From positions 328-64,327 of the forward strand of contig JAQWRT010000052.1 in the NCBI GenBank assembly GCA_029243605.1: a DNA stretch of 64,000 nt, read 5' to 3'. Below the pieces are notes generated by a model, which saw nothing but the letters and a program-made list of their open reading frames with translations, was not told where the DNA came from and searched no databases. Positions 45,740 through 55,356 of the stretch are shown here, piece by piece. The position numbers were made by a program, and so were the translations under genes. Every line of letters begins with the position of its first letter. Within the stretch, counting starts at the first letter, position 1. The stretch comes from Myxococcota bacterium (GTDB taxonomy: Bacteria > Myxococcota_A > UBA9160 > UBA4427).

Positions 45740-46579
45740 ATGGATACACGAGATCTGAGTGGAAAAGTGGCCGTGGTCACGGGTGCGGGAAGCGGCATCG
45801 GCCGATCGACCGCGCTCGCTCTTGCCGAGCGTGGGGCCGACCTCGCACTCTGCGATATCGACGAGGAGGGGCTGGCCGAAACCGTTTCCGCCGCCGAGGA
45901 GCGCGGGCGAAAGACTTTTAGCCTCAAAGTCGACGTCGCGGATCCAGAGGCCATGCAGACCTTTGCCCGAAAGACCGAGATCGCTCTGTCTCGGGTCGAC
46001 CTGCTGGTCAACAACGCGGGGATCGGCGTGGGCGGACTCTTCGTCGACGTTCCCCTCGACGCCTGGAACAAGGTCCTCAACATCAATATTCTGGGCGTGG
46101 TTCACGGCTGCCAAGCCTTCCTGCCGGGAATGATCGAAGCGGGACGGGGTGGGCACGTAGTCAATATTGCCTCCATGGCCGGATACTTCCAGGCGCCGGG
46201 AATGACCGCGTACTCCGCGACCAAATTTGCGGTGCTAGGCCTTTCGGAATCCCTCCGTGCAGAACTCGCACTCCAAGGCATCGGAGTCACCGCCGTCTGT
46301 CCGGGCGTGATCAATACCCCCATCGTTCGCAGCAGCACCATGTACGGGCAGACCAACGCTCCGGAACTCCGCGAAGAGGGCATCCGTGCCTTTGAACGAA
46401 GAAACTACTCCCCGGATCGCGTAGCCCTGGGCATCGTCAAGGCGATTCACAAAAATCGCGGGGTGGCGCCGATTTCTCCGGAAGCCTGGTTGGGCTACCG
46501 CATCAAGCGCTTCTTTCCAGGTCTGGTGGCCTGGCTCGCTCGGCGCAGCGCATCGGCCCAGCGCAAACGTTTCAACTGA
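45740..46579 (+). CDS. SDR family oxidoreductase
   Basis: VAVVTGAGSGIGRS, NNAG and YSATK motifs. Confidence 0.85.
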   Translation: MDTRDLSGKVAVVTGAGSGIGRSTALALAERGADLALCDIDEEGLAETVSAAEERGRKTFSLKVDVADPEAMQTFARKTEIALSRVDLLVNNAGIGVGGLFVDVPLDAWNKVLNINILGVVHGCQAFLPGMIEAGRGGHVVNIASMAGYFQAPGMTAYSATKFAVLGLSESLRAELALQGIGVTAVCPGVINTPIVRSSTMYGQTNAPELREEGIRAFERRNYSPDRVALGIVKAIHKNRGVAPISPEAWLGYRIKRFFPGLVAWLARRSASAQRKRFN

Positions 46580-46600
46580 ACCGAGGCCGGCGCCCACCCC

Positions 46601-47689
46601 TCAGAGCGCGGCCGAGGCGATCCCGCGCGCCGCCAGGAGCGCCACCAGATCACCCTTGATGAGTTCCTGGGCTCGGGGGTCATCGCCTAGAACGGCATCC
46701 ATATGGGCGAGGCCGAGGCCCTGTAAAAACGCATAGGCGTGGCTGCCCGGGCAGAGTTGAGCGCTGCTCTTCATCGCGCCGAAGACCTCGGACATATCCG
46801 GCCCCCCCGGCCCCGCCCCGGCGATCATGGGCCCCATAGTCCGGAAGAGTTCGTGGGCCTCCTCCACCCGGTCGCAGAAATGAAAATGATCCGCGTTCAG
46901 CAGGGTTACACCTCGGCTGGGTTTGGGGGTCCGGGCCAACAGATCCCGCATCCCGTCCAGGGGGAGCAACGTGTCGAATTCCGCCACCAAGTAGAGGGTC
47001 GGCACCTCGCGCTCCCAGCCCAATTCCAGCGCGGCGGCCATGCCCTCGGCCGGACCCGCCAGGCCCCCCTCGCTTCGGCCGCCTGCCGGAGCCAGGGGCA
47101 ACGCGGCTCGGATTCGTTCATCGCGACCCGTGCTGGCCAAGGTCGTCCAACCCCCAAAGCTATGGCCCGACATACCGATGCGCGTTTCATCGATCTCCAA
47201 CCCCAGGTCTCCAGCCAGCGCCCGGTCGATGGCGAACGAGGCGTCGGTGGGCCGATCGGCGATGACCTCGGCCAGTTGGACCTCGGGATCCGGCGCGTTG
47301 CGGCCCATGGACTGCTGGACCATGTCCATGGTGGTGTTGCCCACGTGATCGACGGCGATCACCGCGTATCCGTGACTTGCCCAATGGGTGCAGAGATGCG
47401 TGCTCTGGCGCCGCTCTCCTCCGAAACCGTGGGAGAAAACGATGAGCGGGAGCCCAGTCGACGCCCGGGGAGCGGCATCGCGAATGGCGGCCTGAGTAAT
47501 TTTCGGGGCGAAGGGGCTGGGCTTGTAGTGGTCGCAGGTTGCCTCATCGAGATCCTGGCCCGCCAGATCCTGCTCGGCGGGATACCAAACCTCTACGGGA
47601 AGAGTTCGGTCCCGGCTCTCGTCTCGCCAAGTCAGGGTTCGGACACCCACCGGATCCGAGCCCCGCTCGAACGGGTCATATTTCGACAT
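46601..47689 (-). CDS. alpha/beta hydrolase (PAF-acetylhydrolase / dienelactone-hydrolase-like)
   Basis: VFSHGFGGERRQ and the nucleophile elbow GMSGHSFGG. GAGGAGG SD. Confidence 0.65.
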   Translation of the reverse strand: MSKYDPFERGSDPVGVRTLTWRDESRDRTLPVEVWYPAEQDLAGQDLDEATCDHYKPSPFAPKITQAAIRDAAPRASTGLPLIVFSHGFGGERRQSTHLCTHWASHGYAVIAVDHVGNTTMDMVQQSMGRNAPDPEVQLAEVIADRPTDASFAIDRALAGDLGLEIDETRIGMSGHSFGGWTTLASTGRDERIRAALPLAPAGGRSEGGLAGPAEGMAAALELGWEREVPTLYLVAEFDTLLPLDGMRDLLARTPKPSRGVTLLNADHFHFCDRVEEAHELFRTMGPMIAGAGPGGPDMSEVFGAMKSSAQLCPGSHAYAFLQGLGLAHMDAVLGDDPRAQELIKGDLVALLAARGIASAAL

Positions 47690-47730
47690 GCCTATCCTCC
47701 TCGAATACCCGCTGCCGGATTTCCCCGAAG

Positions 47731-49818
47731 CTAGAAGCCCAAATCCCGAAAGCTCTTCCCCTCGGCCACCATCTTCTCGAGCAGCGGCGCAGGCGCAAAG
47801 GCATCGCCGTATTCCTTCTGAAGCTCCTGGAGACGTGTCAGCACACGTTCGAGGCCAACCTGCTCGGCGTAGAACATCGGCCCGCCTCGATAGACCGGCC
47901 AGCCGTAGCCGCTAATCCAGATCACATCGACATCCGAAGCCCGAATCGCCATACCCTCGTCGAGGATCTTCACGCCCTCATTGATCATGGGGTAGACGCA
48001 GCGCTCGAGGATTTCCTCGTCGCTGAGGGCACGCGCCGGCTTGCCTCCCCGAGCCGCGAATTCGCGGATCACCTCTTCCACCACCGGCGAGGGACTCGCG
48101 CTGCGATTGGCATCGTAGTCGTAAAAGCCCGCACCGGTCTTTTGGCCCCGGCGATCCATCTCGCAGAGAACATCGCGAACCGTCTCGCCTCGAGATTCCT
48201 CCTTATTCCAACCAATATCGAGGCCGGCCAAATCACTCATGGCAAAGGGACCCATGGGCAGGCCGAAATCGAAGAGCACCCGATCCACATCCCAGGGCAT
48301 CGCCCCTTCCATGACCAGGCGATTGGCCTGGGCCTGGCGGGCGGCCAGGATCCGGTTGCCCACGAAGCCGGGGCAGACGCCAACCAGCGCCGCGTTCTTC
48401 CCGATGCGCTTCGAGAGGCCCATGGACGTCGCGATGACCGCGTCGGAAGTAGCCTCTCCGCGGACAACCTCCACCAATTTCATCACGTTGGCCGGACTGA
48501 AGAAATGAAGCCCGATCACCGCTTCCGGGCGCTCGGTCGCCTGGGCAATCTCATTGATATCGAGGGCTGAGGTATTGCTCGCGAGAATGGCTCCGGGCTT
48601 GACGATGCCATCCAGGCGCGTGAAGATTTCCTTCTTGAGCGGCATGCTCTCGAAGACCGCCTCGATGACCAGATCGACGTCAGCCAGATCCTCCATCGCC
48701 AGGGTTCCCGTGATCAGCCCGGTTCGGGTCTCCACGTCCTCCGCCGTGATCCGACCCCGGCTCGCCGTCCGCTCATAATTTGCACGGATGACCCCCAGCC
48801 CGCGCTCGAGGGCTTCGGCACTGGTCTCCACCAGGGTGACGGGGAGCCCGACATTGGCAAAATTCATCGCGATGCCGCCGCCCATGGTTCCCGCTCCGAT
48901 GATTCCCACCTTCTGGACGTCGATGGTCGGGGTCTCTCGAGGGATATCGGGAAGCTTCCAGATCTGCCGCTCGGCGAAGAAAACGTGGCGCTGGGCCAGG
49001 GATTGGGGCCCGGTCAGGAGTTTGCGGAAGAGATCCTGCTCCACCGCGAGGCCGGCCTCGAAGCTCTCACTGTTCACCGCCGCCTCGATGCAGCGAACAT
49101 TGTATTCCGGCGCCAGGAAGCCCCGGGTTCGTCGAGCGATACCGGCCCGAAATTTCTCGAAGATCTCGGGCTTGCCCCGGGAGGCCTCGAGCTTTTCATC
49201 GGATTCACGAACCTTTCGCAAGGGACGCCCCTCGGCGAGAACCCCCTCGGCGAAGGCAATCGCCGAAGCCTGCAGATCGTCCTCGGACGCCAATTCGTCC
49301 ACAAGCCCCAATTCGAGACACGCGGGAGCGGGCACATGCTGTCCTCCCGTCACCATTTCCAAGGCCTTCTCCACGCCGACGATTCGCGGCAGACGCTGGG
49401 TCCCCCCCGCTCCCGGCAGGAGACCGAGGTTTACCTCGGGCAGCCCACAACGCGCCGATGGCACCGCCACCCGGTAGTGGCAGCAGAGTGCGACTTCGAG
49501 CCCGCCTCCCAGCGCTGTTCCGTGGATCGCGGCCACCACGGGCTTGCTCGAATTCTCGATGGCGTCCTGCACCTCAGGCAGACTCGCGCCCTTGGCGGCG
49601 CCTCCGAACTCGGTGATATCCGCGCCGGCGATGAAGGTGCGCCCGCGGCAGATCAAAACCACGGCCCTCACCGAAGCATCGGCCTCGGCGGCCTGTATAC
49701 CCTCGAGCAGGCCGGTTCGCACAGCGGACGAGAGTGCGTTCACCGGGGGCGAATCGAGACTCAGGATCCCGATTCCGTTTTCGACGCTGAAATCGGTGAC
49801 ATCGTTGATGGGGGCCAT
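47731..49818 (-). CDS. bifunctional enoyl-CoA hydratase / 3-hydroxyacyl-CoA dehydrogenase (FadB/FadJ-like)
   Basis: N-terminal crotonase (FIAGADITEF), a central Rossmann fold (VGIIGAGTMGGGIA) and a C-terminal 3HCDH domain. 695 aa. Confidence 0.9.
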   Translation of the reverse strand: MAPINDVTDFSVENGIGILSLDSPPVNALSSAVRTGLLEGIQAAEADASVRAVVLICRGRTFIAGADITEFGGAAKGASLPEVQDAIENSSKPVVAAIHGTALGGGLEVALCCHYRVAVPSARCGLPEVNLGLLPGAGGTQRLPRIVGVEKALEMVTGGQHVPAPACLELGLVDELASEDDLQASAIAFAEGVLAEGRPLRKVRESDEKLEASRGKPEIFEKFRAGIARRTRGFLAPEYNVRCIEAAVNSESFEAGLAVEQDLFRKLLTGPQSLAQRHVFFAERQIWKLPDIPRETPTIDVQKVGIIGAGTMGGGIAMNFANVGLPVTLVETSAEALERGLGVIRANYERTASRGRITAEDVETRTGLITGTLAMEDLADVDLVIEAVFESMPLKKEIFTRLDGIVKPGAILASNTSALDINEIAQATERPEAVIGLHFFSPANVMKLVEVVRGEATSDAVIATSMGLSKRIGKNAALVGVCPGFVGNRILAARQAQANRLVMEGAMPWDVDRVLFDFGLPMGPFAMSDLAGLDIGWNKEESRGETVRDVLCEMDRRGQKTGAGFYDYDANRSASPSPVVEEVIREFAARGGKPARALSDEEILERCVYPMINEGVKILDEGMAIRASDVDVIWISGYGWPVYRGGPMFYAEQVGLERVLTRLQELQKEYGDAFAPAPLLEKMVAEGKSFRDLGF

Positions 49819-49881
49819 ATTTTTCCTTTTTCAAGAGAATCCAGAGCCGGCGAGTGTCGGCCTCGAGGCGATCGGAAGAGA

Positions 49882-50301
49882 CTAGCCGAAAACGGCTTCC
49901 TCCCCGGGAGTGGTGGTGATATTCAACTGACCCGCCAGGCCCGCGAGACGATGAACCTCGATGGCCTGAAACTCGGGGGAACTGGCGATAGCGATCAGAC
50001 TCTGAGGCGACGAATACTCGGCGATGGCCACCACGTCCCACAATTCCCCAACCTCGCCGAGAAGGAGATTATTCACCCGGCCCATGAAGGTGATCCCCCC
50101 GCCGTTGGCCTTGAGAAGCTTGTTCATCGCTTCCGCGTAACGGGCGTAGGCCTCCTCGCCCGAGAGGTCGGCATCTCGCCCGTCGGGGTACTCGGCCTTT
50201 TCCTTGAATTTCAGGAGATTCACCATGGCGATACGTCCCTCGCCCCCGATGAACTCCATCACCTGCTCGCGCTCGGGGGTGACTGCATTCTCGACCTTCA
50301 T
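49882..50301 (-). CDS. DUF1330 domain-containing protein
   Basis: 139 aa with an AAGGAG SD. The IAMVNLLKFKE...WDVVAIAEYSSPQSL pattern is typical of DUF1330. Confidence 0.7.
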   Translation of the reverse strand: MKVENAVTPEREQVMEFIGGEGRIAMVNLLKFKEKAEYPDGRDADLSGEEAYARYAEAMNKLLKANGGGITFMGRVNNLLLGEVGELWDVVAIAEYSSPQSLIAIASSPEFQAIEVHRLAGLAGQLNITTTPGEEAVFG

Positions 50302-50475
50302 GGCGTCTCCTTAAGTGGGATTCCGAAGCGGCCAGGAGCCTTCCGTCGTCTATGGGCTCTTCCCGCATCGGTGTTGACACTGCTCTTCTGACATATACCA
50401 TGCCAAAATAAACCCAGGGCGTAAACCGTAAGCCCCGCCCTTTGGCCCCTCCCCCCTACAGCCCAGGAGAGTCTC

Positions 50476-51486
50476 TTGAAAACCCTACGGACCCCCGACG
50501 AATGCTTCGAAAACCTCTCCGGTTTCCCCTATGCGCCCCACTACACCGAGGTTCCCGATGGCGACGGCGGTCACCTGCGCATGCACCATCTCGACGAGGG
50601 GCCGAGCGACGGCCCGGTGGTGCTCTGCATGCACGGCCAGCCGACCTGGAGCTACCTCTACCGGCATATGATTCCCCTGCTCAACGCCTCGGGCCTTCGC
50701 GTGCTCGCCCCGGATCTCGTGGGCTACGGGCGCTCGGACAAGCCCGCCAGCCGGGAGGACTACAGCTATCAGGCTCAGGTCGATTGGATGAATGCCTGGC
50801 TCGTCGCCAACGATGTCAAAGAGGCCACCTTCTTCGGCCAGGATTGGGGCGGCCTGATCGGCCTGCGCACCGTCGCCGAAAATCCCGATCGCTTCGACCG
50901 GGTGGTGATCTCGAATACCGGACTCCCCCTCCCCCAGGCCACCCCGGATGAAGTCGTCGAAAAAGTCCGGCGCTTTCGCGCCGAGGCCCCGACCCCGAGC
51001 CTGCCCGAGGTCTTCGCGGCGCTGTCCAATCCCGAGGGCAGACCTTTCGCCGAGGTCTTCGCGTATTGGCAAAAGTGGTGTTGGGAGTCCGAGGATCTCC
51101 CCGTGGGCATGAGCGTTGCGGGAACCATCGACGGGCGCACGCCGTCCGCCGAGGAAGTCGCCGCCTACGACGCCCCCTTCCCCGACCCGAGCTACAAGAT
51201 GGGAACACGCGCCATGCCGAGCCAGGTCCCCACCCTGCCCGACGACCCCTCGGTGGAGGCCAACCGGCGCGCCTGGGAGGTCTTCAAAAAATGGGAGAAG
51301 CCCTTCCTCACGGCCTTCACGAACAACGACCCCGTCAGCGGTGGCGGGGAGCAGCCCTTCCAACTCCAGGTCCCCGGGGCAGTTGGCCAGCCCCACCAGA
51401 TCATCGAGGGGGGAGGCCATTTCGTTCAGGAGGGTCGGGCCGAAGCCATCTCGGAGATCATCCGCCAATTCGTCAAGCCGGGGTGA
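50476..51486 (+). CDS. haloalkane dehalogenase (DhlA-type, HLD-I)
   Basis: RTPDECFENLSGFPYAPHY...LRMHHLDEG...VLCMHGQPTWSYLYRHMIPLL...RVLAPDLVGYGRSDKP...EDYSY...GQDWGGLIGL is collinear with Xanthobacter DhlA as I recall it. TTG start with an AGGAG SD. Confidence 0.8.
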   Translation: MKTLRTPDECFENLSGFPYAPHYTEVPDGDGGHLRMHHLDEGPSDGPVVLCMHGQPTWSYLYRHMIPLLNASGLRVLAPDLVGYGRSDKPASREDYSYQAQVDWMNAWLVANDVKEATFFGQDWGGLIGLRTVAENPDRFDRVVISNTGLPLPQATPDEVVEKVRRFRAEAPTPSLPEVFAALSNPEGRPFAEVFAYWQKWCWESEDLPVGMSVAGTIDGRTPSAEEVAAYDAPFPDPSYKMGTRAMPSQVPTLPDDPSVEANRRAWEVFKKWEKPFLTAFTNNDPVSGGGEQPFQLQVPGAVGQPHQIIEGGGHFVQEGRAEAISEIIRQFVKPG

Positions 51487-51619
51487 ATGCCCAGGCCCCG
51501 ATGGCCGGAGAGCCGAACTACCCCCGACAAACGGGTCTTTTGAGGGCATGGCAGACGCGCAACCCGTTTCATAGCATGACGGGCCCGCCTCCCGGCCAGC
51601 AGTCCAGGGCCCGGGCTTC

Positions 51620-52459
51620 ATGGAAGGAGTCCCAGTGGAAATCCGAGACCGAATCGCAGTCATCACGGGAGGAGCCAGCGGCATCGGGCGGGGCCTCGTC
51701 GAGCGTTTTCACGCGGATGGCGCGCGCCATCTGGTCGTCGTCGATCGAGACGAAGCCGGCGCCAAAGCCGTGGCCGAGAGCGTCGGGGGAACCGGCATCG
51801 CGGCTGATGTCTCGAACGAGGAAGCCATCCGCCAACTCGTGGACCGCATCGAGACCGACCAGGGTCCCATCGACGTCTTCTTTTCCAACGCGGGCTACGT
51901 CACTCTCGGCGGTCTCGAGGCCCCCACCGAGGATCTCCAGCGAATGTGGGAGGTGCACGTCCTCGCCCACCTCTTTGCGGCCCGGGCGATGATTCCCCGC
52001 ATGGCCAGCCGGGGCGAGGGCTACCTCATGAGCACCGCGTCGGCGGCGGGGCTGCTCTCGCAATTCGGCTCCCTCCACTACGCCCTCACCAAGCACGCGG
52101 CGGTTTCCCTGGCCGAGTGGATCGCCATCACCCACGGCCACCAGGGAATCCGGGTTTCAGTGCTTTGCCCCCAGGCGGTGGCGACCAATATCGGGGAGAA
52201 CAGTCCCGACCGGGACAAGATGGATACGGGTTTCAACGTGGCCAGCGGCGACGGCACCCTCGAGGCCGAGGATGTGGCCCAAGTCATCACCGAGGCCATG
52301 GCCGAGGAGCGTTTCCACATCCTCCCCCACCCCGAGGTCGCCCAATACGTCGAGCGCAAGGGCGCCGACGTTGACCGCTGGATCGGGGGCATGCAGCGCT
52401 GGCAGGGAAGCCTCTTCCCCGCCGACCAACACCCCTCCACCTGGCTCACGGGCAAATAG
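51620..52459 (+). CDS. SDR family oxidoreductase
   Basis: IAVITGGASGIGRG, NAG and YALTK motifs. The likely true start is GTG 51635 (GGAAGGAG SD). Confidence 0.8.
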   Translation: MEGVPVEIRDRIAVITGGASGIGRGLVERFHADGARHLVVVDRDEAGAKAVAESVGGTGIAADVSNEEAIRQLVDRIETDQGPIDVFFSNAGYVTLGGLEAPTEDLQRMWEVHVLAHLFAARAMIPRMASRGEGYLMSTASAAGLLSQFGSLHYALTKHAAVSLAEWIAITHGHQGIRVSVLCPQAVATNIGENSPDRDKMDTGFNVASGDGTLEAEDVAQVITEAMAEERFHILPHPEVAQYVERKGADVDRWIGGMQRWQGSLFPADQHPSTWLTGK

Positions 52460-52530
52460 AGCTGGGGCCAAGCCCATTTCAGCCAAGCAGCGCCAGCCGG
52501 CGCGAATCCAGGCAAGCCAAAGGAGAAAAG

Positions 52531-53316
52531 ATGTCCATTCAAAGTGATCTCTTCGACCTGACCGGGAAGGTCGCCGTCGTCACCGGCTCCTCCAAGGGAA
52601 TCGGCCGCTCCATCGCCACCGCCCTGGCCGAGCACGGCGCCAAGGTCGTGATTTCGAGCCGAAAGCCCGACCCGTGCGCCGAGGTCGCCGCCGACATCAA
52701 TAGCCGCTGCGCCGATCACCCGGGAGAGGCCATCTCCATCCCAGCCAATATCGGCTCGAAGGAAGATCTCCAAAATTTGGTGGACCGGACCCGGGAGCAG
52801 TGGGGACAGATCGACATTCTGGTCTGCAACGCCGCGGTCAATCCCTATTACGGACCGTCCATGGATATTCCCGACGGCGCCTTCGACAAGATCATGTCCA
52901 GCAATATCAAGTCCAACCACTGGCTTTGCAATATGGTGATTCCCGAGATGACCGAACGCAAGGACGGTTCCATCATCATCGTCTCCAGCGTGGGCGGCCT
53001 CAAAGCCAGTACCGTGATCGGTGCCTACAATATTTCCAAGGCCGCCGATTTCGCCCTGGTTCGTAACCTCGCTGCCGAGCACGGACCGAATAATATTCGA
53101 GTCAATGCCATCGCCCCTGGACTCATCCGCACCGATTTCGCGCGGGCCCTCTGGGAGAACCCAACGACCCTCAAGCACGCCACTTCGAGCACGCCCCTTC
53201 GCCGCATCGGTGAACCCGACGAACTTGCCGGCGTCGCCGTCTTCCTGGCCTCCCGAGCGGGCAATTTCGCCACCGGTCAGAATTTCGTGGTCGATGGGGG
53301 CCAGACCATCGTCTGA
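52531..53316 (+). CDS. SDR family oxidoreductase
   Basis: AAGGAG SD. VAVVTGSSKGIGRS, NAA and YNISK motifs. Confidence 0.85.
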   Translation: MSIQSDLFDLTGKVAVVTGSSKGIGRSIATALAEHGAKVVISSRKPDPCAEVAADINSRCADHPGEAISIPANIGSKEDLQNLVDRTREQWGQIDILVCNAAVNPYYGPSMDIPDGAFDKIMSSNIKSNHWLCNMVIPEMTERKDGSIIIVSSVGGLKASTVIGAYNISKAADFALVRNLAAEHGPNNIRVNAIAPGLIRTDFARALWENPTTLKHATSSTPLRRIGEPDELAGVAVFLASRAGNFATGQNFVVDGGQTIV

Positions 53317-53389
53317 GCCTCGACCCTGGCGCCAGACCCAGGCCAGAGACCGAAGGACCCCCGAGTTCCCCAGAGAAAGGACCTCTCCC

Positions 53390-54442
53390 ATGGAGGCCGA
53401 CCAACCCGCCGAAACCCGCGACGACGAGAAATTCGACGAAGCCCGACTGGCCCAATATCTCGCCGAGAACGTTCCCGAACTCACGGGCGAGCTCTCGGTC
53501 GAGCAATTTCACGGCGGCCACGCAAACCTCACCTATGCCCTCAGCGTGGGCGATACCGAGTTGGTCCTGCGCCGACCGCCCCTCGGCCCCGTCGCCCCTC
53601 GCTCCCACGACATGCGACGCGAGCACAAGGGACTTTCGGCCCTGGGCCCGCTCTACCCCCATTCACCCCGGGCCATCCATCTCTGCGAGGATGAGAGCAT
53701 CATCGGCGCGATCTTCTTCCTGATGGAGAGACGCCGAGGCTACGTGATCCGCAACGATTGGCCGAGCGAGCTCCCCGACGACTCGGCGCTGCGACGACAG
53801 ATCAGTGAATCCCTCATCGATGCCCTGGCGGATCTGCACACGGTGGATGCCACTCGGCCCGAACTGGCCTCTCTGGGAAAGCCCGAAGGCTTCGTCGAAC
53901 GCCAAGTCACGGGCTGGTTCGGACGCTGGGAAAAGGCGAAGACCCGAGAAATTCCGGCCATGGAGGAACTTGGCGCCTGGCTTATGGCCCGGATCCCCGA
54001 ATCGTCCCAGGTCTCGGTACTCCACAACGACTACAAGCTCGACAACGCCATGTATTCCCTCGACGACCCCGGCCGCCTTGTCGCGGTCTTCGACTGGGAC
54101 ATGGTCACCGTCGGCGACCCCCTGGTCGACCTCGGCACTCTTCTCGGCTACTGGACCGACCCCGGCGACAGCCTACCCCGGGGAACCAATCAATTGATGA
54201 TGCAGCATGCCGGTTTCCTCGATCGCCAGGGCCTCGCCGACCGCTATTCCCAGCGAACGGGCTTCGATCTCACGGGTCTCGCCTTCTACGAAACCTTCGC
54301 ACTCTTCAAGACCGCGGTGGTCATCGAACAGATCTACGTCCGGTGGGTTCGCGGGCAAACGAAGGACGATCGTTTCCAGGCCATGGGCGCCATGGTTCCC
54401 CACCTCGCCGAGGCCGCCCAACTCGTCGCGTCGAAAGCCTGA
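53390..54442 (+). CDS. phosphotransferase (APH/choline-kinase fold) of the type often paired with acyl-CoA dehydrogenases
   Basis: FHGGHANLTYAL, the catalytic loop VLHNDYKLDN and VFDWDM. The ATG at 53390 lies inside a longer shadow ORF. Confidence 0.8.
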   Translation: MEADQPAETRDDEKFDEARLAQYLAENVPELTGELSVEQFHGGHANLTYALSVGDTELVLRRPPLGPVAPRSHDMRREHKGLSALGPLYPHSPRAIHLCEDESIIGAIFFLMERRRGYVIRNDWPSELPDDSALRRQISESLIDALADLHTVDATRPELASLGKPEGFVERQVTGWFGRWEKAKTREIPAMEELGAWLMARIPESSQVSVLHNDYKLDNAMYSLDDPGRLVAVFDWDMVTVGDPLVDLGTLLGYWTDPGDSLPRGTNQLMMQHAGFLDRQGLADRYSQRTGFDLTGLAFYETFALFKTAVVIEQIYVRWVRGQTKDDRFQAMGAMVPHLAEAAQLVASKA

Positions 54443-54458
54443 GAGAAACCCGGCCCGA

Positions 54459-55316
54459 TCAAGCGTCGAGGCGGTAGGCGTCCCCATCGCGCACCAACCG
54501 CCCCGCCGTCGGTCCCGCAAAGTGCGTCCCAATAATGAGGGTCGGCGTATCCGCGTAGCGGGCCATAAAATCTCGCCGAGTGCGATCGGCCAGTTGCGGG
54601 TCGCTATCGGCCTTGTCCTTCCAGCCCGGGTAGGCGAATTGTGCCGGATGGTGCACCAGATCTCCCGTGATGATCGCCTCTTCGCCCCGGGATGAAATCC
54701 GTACGGCGACGTGACCGGGCGTATGCCCCGGCGTGGATTCGAAGCAGACGCCTTCGGCGACCTGGGCGTCGACCTCCACGAGATCGACCAACCCGGCATC
54801 AAAGATCGGCTGGACCGAATCCCCCAGGATCGTTTGCGTCAAATCATCTTTCTCTGCCGACCAGTGCTCCCACTCGGGACGGGCAACCAAAGTCCGCGCG
54901 TTCGTAAACGTCGGCACCCAACGGTCGCCCACCCACCGGGTGTTCCAACCCACGTGGTCCACGTGGAGATGGGTGCACACCACCGTGTCTACCCGTTCCA
55001 CCGGAAAGCCGGCGTCGGCCAAATCCTCGAGGAAGGGATTCTGGAGCTGATGCCACGCCTTCATGGGAAGTCGATCCTTGTCGTTCCCGATGCAAGTATC
55101 GACCATGACACAACGATCCCCCGACTCGATTAGGAGACTGTGGACGCTCCCGAGAGCGTCACCGGTGGAATCCACATAGGGATCGATCCATGGGATCGTC
55201 CCCAGGTTTTCCACCGTGGCGTCGGGCAGGATGAAGCGCATACCCGGGGCTTCCATCTCCTGGACCCGGGTAATCTTGATATCGCCGACTTGCCAGCGCA
55301 GAATTGTTTTCGCCAT
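54459..55316 (-). CDS. MBL-fold metallo-hydrolase (lactonase-like)
   Basis: The HLHVDHVGW (HxHxDH) motif and the later TPGHTPGH. The ATG at 55316 gives 285 aa. Confidence 0.8.
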   Translation of the reverse strand: MAKTILRWQVGDIKITRVQEMEAPGMRFILPDATVENLGTIPWIDPYVDSTGDALGSVHSLLIESGDRCVMVDTCIGNDKDRLPMKAWHQLQNPFLEDLADAGFPVERVDTVVCTHLHVDHVGWNTRWVGDRWVPTFTNARTLVARPEWEHWSAEKDDLTQTILGDSVQPIFDAGLVDLVEVDAQVAEGVCFESTPGHTPGHVAVRISSRGEEAIITGDLVHHPAQFAYPGWKDKADSDPQLADRTRRDFMARYADTPTLIIGTHFAGPTAGRLVRDGDAYRLDA

Positions 55317-55356
55317 GCTCTCAAGCCTAGCCGGAAGGTCTGGAAACCCGCAACGC

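Noticed and set aside
43508-46579. Possible OleABCD olefin/beta-lactone cluster (thiolase-like, alpha/beta hydrolase and SDR genes).
   Set aside because: The condensing enzyme is collinear with PA3286-type KAS III rather than OleA as I recall them. No OleC-type synthetase is adjacent, and the SDR is divergently transcribed.
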